DNA of 64,000 nucleotides from Magallana gigas (taxonomy: Eukaryota), in contig NC_088861.1 of the NCBI RefSeq assembly GCF_963853765.1, positions 19,034,001 through 19,098,000 on the forward strand, read 5' to 3'. The notes beneath the pieces were generated by a model. It saw only the letters and a list, made by a program, of their open reading frames with translations. It ran no database searches and had not been told where the DNA came from. Below, piece by piece: positions 1 through 10,911 of this stretch. Positions within the stretch are counted from its first letter, which is position 1. Each line of letters starts with the position of its first letter. Both the position numbers and the translations under genes were made by a program.

Positions 1-621
1 ACTGACAATCGAGGCGAAATGGGCAGAATATAAAACAGGGCAAATATTTCCCAGTATATATACATCATATACACAGTCATTACACTTTTCTTTTCATTTT
101 AATTAACAGCAAATCTTTGGGTAATACCACATCAATGCGAGTCCAATTACATGTACCGTACTAATAATCCCTAGAGCTTGCAATGAAATTTACCTTCTAA
201 ATTTTTTTAAATCAACTTACAGATAAATCCAGATTTAGAAAAGACATTTACAAACAATTACCCCATTTGCGAGTGAATCAAGAAAGTTAGGAACTATTTT
301 TTAAAAAATTCCAAGAAATCCGGATCATGGAGATAGATTTGGTTCTCCCCAAGAAAATGTTTGAATTCTTTCATCTTGTCCTTAACCCACTTATTGCCCT
401 AAACTCATAGAAAAAATTGATATCAGTACAAGTCATGAATATTGTACATATTGTCATAAAGGGAGATATAAGGCCAAGAAAGACAACTCTGGTTGACATT
501 CCTCAGTTCAATACTCAGTTATCTCCTCTTGGAGATTATTATCAATTACAGCTGTGGGTGAAGGAGGCTGCATTGCAAAGATAAAAATAGCAGCTTCTCT
601 TCTCTCTCCGTAAGAAACAAA

Positions 622-3015
622 ATGGTGAGGTAAGTATTGTCTTCTATACTTTTCTGCCCTTTGATTCTGAATGAGAAACTTAAGATCCTGAAATTTGACA
701 ATACAGAGAATTTCCCAAAAACTCACTATATGAAATATTGGCTGTTTGTTTATAAACATGTTGTTTCAAAATATTATACTACAAGAAATTAGTGTAAGTG
801 GGTCAAAAACCAGGCAAATTTTAATAGGGGATAGAGAGAGAGGGGTGAGTGAGAGAGAACAAGAGATGGAGAGACATTAAAGTGAAAAGAGTTGTTCCCC
901 TTTGACTGTGCTCATTTTCACACTTGCTTGGGAAATAGCTCCCTTAAGTCATTCCTTCAGCTTCAAATCTATTAGAGTCTTCCTTTTTCCATTGCAGACA
1001 TTGTCAAGAACCATTCCATGCTGTCTTCTGTATTCTAATATACTTAGATACTTTCAAAAAGCAGTATGTTGAATCATTTATATTTGTGGGTGCCAATTTT
1101 AATTTTTGTGGATTCTGTTGTGGGTTTTTTGCTTTTTCGTGGATATGTAATTTTGTGGATGCCTCGGTTTTCAGTTTCAGAAAGAAAGATAACTCCTTCT
1201 TAATTTGTTTTCCTTGAGGATTTAAATTTATGGGGGAGGGCTACCCACGAATACCAAGAAAATTGAACCATCGCGAATTCTAATGATTTCACAGTAAATT
1301 GCTTTATTAGAGACCAAAACATTCAAAAAAAAAAATTGGTGTATACCAAAACAATCACAGTGAAGACATCACAACACTCATCACTCTTTATCTTGCATCA
1401 GCACTTAGATCAATTATAGTCTTAATCATTTTGAATGAACTACATATGTCTAATAAAGTGTACAGGTATTTACCTCAAATATAGAATAACATATGTCACA
1501 TACTGAGACCCTTTAAAATAAAACAATTATAAACACATAATTGTACCAGTCTTTGGAAACATCCTATTTTTTACTTTATTTACTACTTAGTTCATGATGG
1601 TCTTTATGAATTCAAACAATTCTCCTTGAAATTCACTAGTCCACAAAGTATGAATTTGAAGGAAAAAAAACCTTATATGACCTTGTCATCCTACTTGAAA
1701 TGCCAATTGTTTACTTGTTTTACTCAAAATTTTTGCCAATCAACAAGCTATTTACTGTTAACTTTTTGCAACGATTGCAATTATGTTCTTTTCAATTTTG
1801 TCTCCTTGTAGCATTCTGGATTCAGTGAATAACAACAACCCACGATTCCTGAGAGTCCTGTTGGCTGTTCCACAGTCCATCAATAAACGAGAACTGGAGG
1901 CGGCCTTCCTTCAGAGCTCAAAACTAGGTCATCCGGAGTGTATCCAGTGCATTCTGGATACTGGGATAGACACTGAAATTCAGGACACCAATGGGAAAAC
2001 CCCTCTATTTATAGCTGTAGAATATGACAAGCCAGCTTTGGTGGAAATTCTTTTGGAATCCATGTGCAATGTTAATGTACGAGGTCCCGGCCAATCCACA
2101 CCAGTTCATCTGGCAGCAAAACTTTTCCACAATGAGTGTCTTCAACTTCTTGTGTCGCACAGAGCTAAGCTTAATTGCTGCGATTCCTGTGGGAATACCC
2201 CATTGATCATCGCCACGAAATACGGAAACTACGAAGGAATAAGAATTCTTTTGAAGGCGGGATGTGATGTGAATGTTCAGAATAAAGAAGGTTGTACTGC
2301 ATTACATTATGCCAGTCATAAGGCTCAAGGCGTGAACCTCCTGTTGGCCGCAGGGGCAAATCCGAACGTCAGAGATCGGGACAATATAACTCCACTAATA
2401 ATGGCTGCAAGCGAAGGATTCGACGAAGTCGTCAAGGCGCTGGTGAAAGCTAAATGTGATGTCAATGTGCAAAACAACTCTGCAAGAAAAACGGCACTTC
2501 ACATTCTTGCATGGAAAGGCCATTCTGACTGCATCAATGACCTGATTCTCGGAGGAGCAGACGTCAACATTTACGACAAGTTTCACCACACCCCTCTGTG
2601 GTGTGCAGTCAAACAAAAACGACTCGAAGTTGTGAAACTCCTCTTAAGAGCCAACGCTCTTGTGGACACATTTCAGTGCTTACCCACAATTCCCTCTGAG
2701 GCTTGCCCAGTCCGTCTGGCTTTGTCTGAGGGAATGATAAACATCATAAAGCTATTTGTTCTGACAGGATTTGACAAGGGACATTTACGTGCGCGACTGC
2801 AAGAAACAGAACTGAGAGAGAAGATCGGCAAGCATTCGGACATTGAGCAGTGGCTGCTTCATGCAGAGGGGGTGCTGACCTTGAAACAGCTCAGTCGCCA
2901 GTGGATACGGCACCACCTGGGCCTGGCTTTCTACCACCACCTCCATCTACTGCCCATACCCCCCGCCATGAGGGACTTTATTTCAATGAAGGAGCTCGAT
3001 GAAGAGCTACACTAA
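622..3015 (+). CDS. Ankyrin repeat and SOCS box-containing (ASB-like) protein, ~403 aa, 2 coding exons (622-629, 1812-3015)
   Basis: ORF 1783-3015 has ~8 ankyrin repeats (GKTPLFIA, GNTPLIIA, GCTALHYA, RKTALHILA) and a C-terminal SOCS box (LTLKQLSRQWIR...LPIPPAMRDFI). Upstream ATGGTGAG|GTAAGT (donor 630) joins in phase 2 to the acceptor ccttgtag|C at 1812, giving MVSILDS. AATAAA near 3192. Confidence 0.88.
1067..1294. mobile_element. MITE-like non-autonomous DNA transposon (TA-flanked)
   Basis: Imperfect terminal inverted repeats (TGTTGAATCATT ... AATGATTTCACAG) flanked by TA. Similar architecture to 38973-39179. Confidence 0.5.
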
Positions 3016-3450
3016 CCTATATGATAGCTATTACAGAGCTATTATTATTATTTATACAAGAGCGTTTACACTATAATTAGTTATACTGATTTCAGCAGAA
3101 ATTCAGACGCTAATGTAAATGTTTATAAAGGTTCAGTCTATAAGTTTATAAGGTTGTACTTGTTTGAAATGAATTTATATCATAGTTTGAAATAAATAAT
3201 TGATATTTTAGTATACCTGTTATTGAAAACTTAATGTATTTATTGATGATGATCTTTAAAAAGGAATTTCTAATTGAATGATGGAGGACTTGCCCAATTA
3301 CTCAGCATCACCTGAACACAATGGTAAATAGTAAAAACAAATTTTGTTGTATATTGTCACGAGAACATGGGATTAAAAAATGTTAAAATCTAATTCTAAT
3401 TTCAATATTTGTAAATATATTATCATACTTGTGGGATTTTATATTAACCA

Positions 3451-3508
<58 letters not shown>
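3451..3508. repeat. (CT)n microsatellite
   Basis: Direct dinucleotide run. Confidence 0.95.
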
Positions 3509-3512
<4 letters not shown>

Positions 3513-4648
3513 TCTTTCACCATAACTCAAAATATGAAAAGTTAAAATTCAAATTAACTAATATTTTCAACTGGACATCATAAAACTTTCACCTCATTTT
3601 TTTTTCAATATTGAGTATTTGCATTAGATTATTTTTTTTGGGGGGGGGGGGGGGGGTGTAGGGGGTGTGAATAAGTTATGGAACATCATGGCGTAGATGG
3701 TGAACGCGTAGATTGCCATGCAATCAACATCATATTCATGTACACAATGTGTATACATAAACTGTATATAATATATTAATACCTGTCAGATTGGCTGAGG
3801 CGACCGTGTATTGTGTACAGCATACGATGGAAATTGTTTATGAGGTTTCAAGTTCAACATCACTGATCCAAAAGTTTAGATCGAATTTTAAAACCGATAC
3901 TGTATAGGCCTATACAGTATGTATCAAAGGCAAATACCTGATAAAGTACTGTCTTAAAATGTTTTGTGTTGGGATGGAAAAATTTGACAGATATTCAAAT
4001 TAAAAACTAAAGAATAATAACCCATTTTAACATATTTCTCTACCTCTTTAATTAAGTCTTTTACCTTTCGAATTCTCACAGTTCACGAGTACCACGTGAT
4101 GAATTTCTTAACTCGCACAGCAGAATATTCGTTCGTTAAACGAGATACGTGTTTTGAGAATTTTGAAAGTTTCATGACTGATTCTGAAATTTTATGTAGT
4201 TAGTTTATCAACATACATCTGTAGGTTTCATATTCTTGATTGGTTCGTCTTCAAAAAATGCTTTTATATTCAATTGATATTTCAATGAAAAGTCGTCATA
4301 GTATAGATCTATAGAAATATATACATTTTTTAATTAAAGCATTTATCTATCATCCCTGTCATTGCTGAGTTGATCAAGAATCAAAGCCTGCATATACAAA
4401 TATAGATATTGGTCAACACATTATTTATGTTTTTTTAGATACTTTAATAGCATTTAAAGCAATATGAGATGTATATTTTATAATTTATTTTAATGCAAAA
4501 ACCTGCTAGTATAATAAGTCTTTTATGATAAAAAAAGATTAAAACAAATCATTAATTTTTGTAAAAAGAACGATTTCTCTTCCAAAGAATATATAGCAAA
4601 TCAATTTTTGTACAGGACGACAATAATTCATTTTTGTTCCAGGTATGG

Positions 4649-4757
4649 CACAGGGGCATCGTATCCGCTCTACACTCTATGACATACGTGTATATAAATA
4701 CACTGTGTATTCTTTAATATGTATCATAGAGTGTAGAGTGGATACGATGCCCCTGTG
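4649..4757. mobile_element. 109-bp fold-back MITE with CACAG...CTGTG termini and a 2-bp GG duplication (CACTA/EnSpm-like)
   Basis: ~33-bp arms CACAGGGGCATCGTATCC(G/A)CTCTACACTCTATGA match as inverted repeats with one mismatch. GG flanks both sides (4647-4648, 4758-4759). Confidence 0.65.
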
Positions 4758-5614
4758 GGTAAGGCTTCTCAAAGCCTTTTCCTATACAAAACTATGGATA
4801 ACAGAAATTTATAAGCCATGATATTTTTTGTCTTTAACTAGAAAATAACATTTTCGTTAAAAAAAAAATCAACATGAAAATTGCAGCTCATATCGCTTTA
4901 AGGAAAGAACAATTTGAAACATGAAACTTGTGAAGGCTTTCAGTAATGTTATATACTTTATTATATTTATATGTAGGCTATATTTCGATCCTGATCTGTC
5001 AATATTATTGTAACATACATAGATCTGTGTAAAATTGAAAAATGTAAAATTTAATTGTATTTTGGGCAGATGATCTTGGAATTAATCAGTAAAACTTGAT
5101 CTCATAACTTATCAACTTGATTCTCAAATATCAGGATGATAAAATCTATTTTAAAAGAACTTCGAAACAAACAAAAACTTTCTTGCGTTTTTAATAATCG
5201 TTTTTTTTTTTTCTTTGTTTATTTAGTTGTTGGTGTTGTCTGTTTGTAGCGTTGTGAACAAAGATATTCTCAAATCTGTCTAATCACTAGATAAAATTAA
5301 AATCTTATTAATTGATTAAGACATATCACCAGAAGCACATTTGTCACCAACTAATTATCAAACATCATAAATTAGATACGTCTTCTAAGTATTGCTATCG
5401 TTAACTGACCAAAAAGTGCCCGAGGTAATTATCTTCGACAGTTAATTGGATTAATTGTTTTAAAAAGGGTGTTAACATGTCGCGTCCTCTTACCAGCGGC
5501 AGGTAGCGGTTTCACACCTGTATACTTGCCAAAACAAATTCGTTTAATTAGGATTAATTGCACATCTGTAAAAATCATCAAATTACCCGAGAAATACTTA
5601 CCTTCCCAGCAGGG

Positions 5615-5712
5615 TATATAGCACGGGACTGGATTTGAAATTGTCATACTACTTCCCGAGTTTCTTCTTGTCAACACATGTGCAAGCCGAAGCCGATAAA
5701 ATACGTTTTTTG
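5615..5712 (+). promoter_or_regulatory. Candidate TATA/Inr core promoter and short non-coding first exon upstream of the hairpin cluster
   Basis: TATATA at 5615; TCA(+1)TAC with A at 5646, 31 nt downstream; donor TG|GTGAGT at 5713. Confidence 0.4.
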
Positions 5713-6276
5713 GTGAGTTTTCTTTTTATATATATATGTTTTTATTTATTCAAAATTCAGATAGGTGAAAATTATTATCCAAAATGACCAATCCCTCTTT
5801 ATTTTAAGTTTCTAAATTTAAATGTTTTTTTTTTATTTTTTTTTATGAATTTCATTGCATGGTTCTTTTTGGTTCGAAAGAATTCCCTTTTTATTTAAAT
5901 AACTTTAAAGTTTCTTATGTTACATTAATTTTAGATATTTTTTTTTTATTTTAAAAATAATTTCAAATTCAAAATTCAGTAAATAAATCTAATGATGACT
6001 CCCTAATAGTTGAGTGACACACGTCTGTGTATATACTATCCAAACTCTGCAATTGTCTCTCTTTACTCGGTAGCAATTAACTTCTTCAGCAATGACCTGT
6101 GAGTGAATTGGTATGTTTATTCTGCGCGGATGTCAATTCGAGTACTCGTCCCTGACAGCTAAATGATTGACACCTGTACACAATATATAACAGCTATATT
6201 GTCATTCGATATTTCAGCACAATACCCGGTTTCGTCACAGCAAGATGTGAATATATAAGTATTTTTGTGTTTTTAT

Positions 6277-9200
6277 TTTGGCACAGAATTTGTGCTACTT
6301 TGAATTGACAGGTAGCACTTATTTGTGCTAAGATTAAAGCGCAGAACTTGCATGCATTGAGAATTCTTAGTAAATGATGTCTATTTGCTTCATAGCAAAT
6401 GTTGGACCTACTTCCCTAGGACCTACTATGTGCTGGTTTTTACTGATTTTACTAGCACTATATAGTCTGTGCTGGGATAGGGGGTCAATTTTTTCAATAG
6501 TCTGAAGAATTTGAATTCTTCGATTCAGCATTTTGGGGTGTATTATGATATTTTGATGTGCAGAACCTGGAAATTCCTATGTTTTGTAACACATGGATTT
6601 TAAGAACTTAAGGATCCCTAGCACATACTGTGTGCTTATGTGTTATCGGACATTAGCACTAGCCTGTGCTGGTAATCCTAGAAAATTGTGACGACGTAGA
6701 ATAAGGACGAGTGAAGCACGACCTCGCTGTCTACAGGTAAGACTATTTTATTTTTAGTAATATGAATTGTGATTTGAGGAATATGGGACTGCCATTTCCC
6801 AGTTCTTGCTATGTGCTCATGTGCTACTTTCATAAGCACTAGCCTGTGCTGGGAAAAACCAGGTCCTGATGACAACTTGTAAGATCAACTTTTATTTCTT
6901 TGTAGTGTTGATATCAATCGTGTGTTCATCTTGAAGTATGAGGCTCAAGATTTCCCGGTACATTTTTTGTGCTCATTTGCTAAATTAATAAGCACTAGCC
7001 TGTGCTGGGAAGTTTGATCCTTTAAACGATCTGTTGATTTATATGATATTCAGTCAATACTTATTCGAGAAGTAAGGACTATGATTTCCTGGTACCTGCT
7101 GTGTGCTCATGTGCTAAATTCATAAGCACTAGCCTGTGCTGGGAAAACAGGTCCTAGCGACAACTACTAATACATGATATAAATGTTATTACTGCAACGT
7201 TTTAAATTTCCTGGTACATTTTTTGTGCTCGTGTGCTAAATTCATAAGCACTAGACTGTGCTGGGAAATTTGATCCTACATTTTGATTTTTCATGTTTTC
7301 ATAATATTTAATTAGACTGATATATATATATATATTTGACAGCTTTTATGGAGAGAATTAAGACTTTGATTCCTCGGTACCTGTTATGTGCTCATGTGTT
7401 ACATTCATAAGCACTAGCCTGTGCTGAGAAATCCGACGATATAAAAGACTATACATTTGGGACATCAGATTTTCTGATAGTTAGCATGTGCTGATATGAT
7501 AACCCCAACAGCATTATGTTTAACTCACATGACGGTTTTCTTTTTTCATTTTACACGCTGAATATGTTTTGATTTCGGTTTCCCGGTACTTCCTGTGTGC
7601 TCATGTGCTACATCTATAAGCACTAGCCTGTGCTGGGAAATCAGATCTTACTTGCGACTTATTGCTTTTATTTTACCTTTATTCCCTTTATGCATAATAT
7701 TAGAAGTTTGAGTTTTAAGGTTTCCCGGTACTTTCTGTGTGCTCATGTGCTACATCCATAAGCACTAGCCTGTGCTGGGAAATCAGATTCTTCTTTACGA
7801 CATTTACGCTTCAGTTTTCTGGGTACAGATGATATGTTAGTATTTATCACGACTATTTTGTACTTTTTAATATGTCTGAGGATTTGAGACCCTATACTTT
7901 GTGCTTCTAGACGTCTAGACGTCCGTCACTGAGTAAAGGTTTGTAACATAAGTGTCAATCTATTATAATGTACAATGGAATATTCGTAATCCAAAGGCAA
8001 ATGTTTTCTTTTACGGTTCTGTTTGCATTTATCTAACATTAATTGATTTATTTCAGTAAGTTTACAACATCTCCTTGCACTTGTTGTGTGCTGGTTATTA
8101 ATTCATCACTAGCACTAGCCTGTGCTAGGAGAGGAATTCAAGTCATCGCAAAGGATGCTTTCTTACCACTGTGACAAAAATACAACTTCTCTAGTGCTTA
8201 TAGGTTTTGGTTGCCCGGTACCTGCTGTGTGCTCATGTGCTACTTTCATAAGCACTAGCCTGTGCTGGGAAATCAGAGCCTTCTTATGATAGCTGTATTC
8301 ATATTAGTTTGTTATAGACTTTATAGGTTCGAGGTATGTGTAATTTATCGTTGGGTATCATTTTGTGCTATTTGATATGAGGATTCAGATTCCCTGGTAC
8401 CTGCTTTGTGCTTATAAGTCATTAATATGAGCACTAGCCTGTGCTGGTAAACCCCTCCTCTTCGCACTTCATCAGTCATTTTGACCGCACAAATGATGCC
8501 TTATTCATTTCTTAAAAGTTATGATTTTGGTCTCACTAGTTTGGTCTCACTAGTTTAAATGATACGTCATAATATTCCACATGATTAATGATTAAAAATA
8601 ATACTGTTACGGTCTATTTACGAAAAAATAACCGTACATCAAAGTGCATTGGCCTTCTTTCTTTTCTTTTTCTGCTTTCAACGTCCCCCTGCACTTGCTG
8701 TGTGCTGGTTTACAACTTCGCACTAGCACTAGCCTGTGCTGGGAGAGGAATCCACAAGTCATCGAATAGACGTTATCTGAAGAAACCCAGCAAAATCATG
8801 TAAATATTGTTTAAGATTTTACATGCTTGGGAAAATTGTTGGTTGAACATCGCAACCACAGGGTAAATCAAGACTTGTAATTTCCTGGTACTTGCTATGT
8901 GCTGATGTGCTACATTCATTAGCACTAGCCTGTGCTTGGAGACAAAGGTCTAAAAATCTTCATGTTTTTTGTTTCATTTGTGAGTTTTTCGGTATACTGG
9001 CAGAGTTACGCTTTATCCAACCGTATGGTAAACTGTACGATTAAAAACGTTTTCTTACAGTTTGGAGTTTTGTCGTTTCGGACGTCAAAAAAGCCCACTC
9101 TTTCTCCGATGATTAGGTTTCGGTTTCTCAGTACCTGCCACGTGCTCATGTGCTACATTCATAAGCACTAGCCTGTGCTGGGAAATCCGAGCCTATCTGA

Positions 9201-10911
9201 TACATATTCACGAAGTCTGAGGGCTCACGTTACAAACCCATTGTACAGGAAGTGAGATGGTTTCTCCAACAACTGTTAACCTTACCTTGCACTTGCTATG
9301 TGCTGGTTATCAAACTGCATTAGCACTAGCCTGTGCTTGGAAAGGAGTTGACTTTTCAACGAATCGTCACCTGATTCCTTTTTTGTCTTCACAAGTAACC
9401 CTATTCAACCTGTCAATTGTATACCTTACCTGGCACTTGCTATGTGCTGGTTTTAGTACACAGCACTAGCACTAGCCTGTGCTTGGAAAGGAGTTGACTT
9501 TTTCAACGATAATTGTCGTTTGAGTTTTTTTTTTTTTTTAGTTTTGAGAGAGTTCAATGTATGACAGTTTTTAGTTGGAATTTCGCCGTTAGATATATTA
9601 AAACAGATCCATTTTATATGAGGATTCAGGTTCCCCGATACCCGCTTTGTGCTTATAAGTCATTAACATGAGCACTAGCCTGTGCTGGGAAATCAGAGCC
9701 TTCTTACGACATTTTTCCTACATAAGTTCAAACTATCTTTCAATATATAGGTTTCAGTCTCCCAGGCCTGCATGTTAGATTCTTGTGTAAGTTTTTGAGC
9801 TGTTAATTACGAGGAATCGGGTTCCCTGGTACCTGCTTTGTGCTTATCAGTCACTAACATGAGCACTAGCCTGTGCTGGGAAATCCCTTCTCTTAGCACC
9901 ACATTCGATTTGATAAAAACAGAACTATACGTAAAATTTGTTTCTACTTATTTTTTTAATCAAGAATTTATCATGCTAACAAAGTAATTTTTACTTATTG
10001 CTTAACCACTTGACTTCAATTAATTGTTTAGCATATTTCATTGACTATTTTAAATTCGTTTCCTATTTTATTTGGTATGCTATATCGTATATCTCTAACA
10101 TTAGTTGGTTGTGTTCAGTGAGTTGACAACGCGTCCCCTTGCAAATTGCTGTGTGCTGGTTCACCACAAGCTTGTGCTGGAAGAGTAGACTCTGATACTG
10201 ACATCTTCTATGGCACTGTTTTTTCTCATATTAGAAGCCACATTATTTTTTCTATCATGTGACAACTTTGCAGTAATCAATTTTAATTCTTAAAAGGTTT
10301 TTTGGTAAAGCTTGCTTGAAGGTTTTATTGACTCAACAAAAAAATTCGGAACTGTGGTTTCCCGGTACCTGCTGTGTGCTCATGTGCTGAATTCATAAGC
10401 ACTAGCCTGTGCTGGGACAGTTTAAGTCCGATAACCAACTACAGCCTTTTGATCTGATCCTTCAGGGTTAGAAAAAGGGCTTATATTAATGTATTTTTTC
10501 TATTTGGGGATTCAGGTATAGAAAAAAATATCGTGTGCTAGAAGAGAGAACCAGAAATGGTTATTTGGTTTCCCGGTACCTGCTGTGTGCTCATTTGCTA
10601 AATTCATAAGCACTAGCGCTCATTTGCTAAATTCATAAGCACTAGCCTGTGCTGGGACATCTTGAAACCCAAAACTCGACTTCAGTATCAATACAATCTA
10701 TATCCATAGAATTTGGTACCTCGTTTTTTCCCTCCGTAACAGCTGAATGCTGTGTTATCACGCGCCATATTTACGAACCGAAAATTTACTTGTACCTAAA
10801 ACGTACCTTAATTAATCACCTGTACCTGTAACCATAGCGTACCTTACCTTGCACTCGCTGTGTGCTGGTTTGTAGTTTATAGCACTAGCACTAGCCTGTG
10901 CTTGGAAAGGA
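6277..10911 (+). ncRNA. Putative polycistronic microRNA cluster: 24 related ~60-nt hairpins of one family
   Basis: Approximate hairpin positions: 6277-6333, 6413-6477, 6612-6678, 6795-6856, 6951-7011, 7085-7146, 7207-7268, 7369-7431, 7579-7640, 7721-7782, 8070-8132, 8211-8272, 8390-8451, 8684-8748, 8881-8941, 9124-9185, 9280-9345, 9424-9491, 9631-9692, 9822-9883, 10134-10185 (deleted), 10358-10417, 10569-10657 (internal duplication), 10841-10911. Consensus TTTCCCGGTACCTGCTGTGTGCTCAT-GTGCTACATTC-ATAAGCACTAGCCTGTGCTGGGAAA folds into an imperfect stem. The 3' arm core AGCACTAGCCTGTGCT is exact in 20 copies. G:U pairs work only on the + strand. Confidence 0.75.

Noticed and set aside
508-759. Minus-strand 83-aa ORF and the many other short ORFs in the track
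   Set aside because: Antisense shadows of real exons, microsatellite translations or TE-internal frames with no recognisable motifs.
5594-5613. ATACTTACCT, resembling the U1 snRNA 5' end
   Set aside because: The rest of U1 is absent; it is just the complement of a splice-donor-like sequence.
6277-10911. CRISPR array interpretation of the repeat-spacer pattern
   Set aside because: Eukaryotic context, no cas genes, spacer lengths vary widely and spacers are related to each other, and the repeats co-vary as RNA stems.
6277-10911. Assignment to miR-96 (GCACUAGCAC), miR-29 (UAGCACCA) or miR-430
   Set aside because: Only short partial matches. Arm, seed and 3' sequence differ, so no family name is justified without a search.
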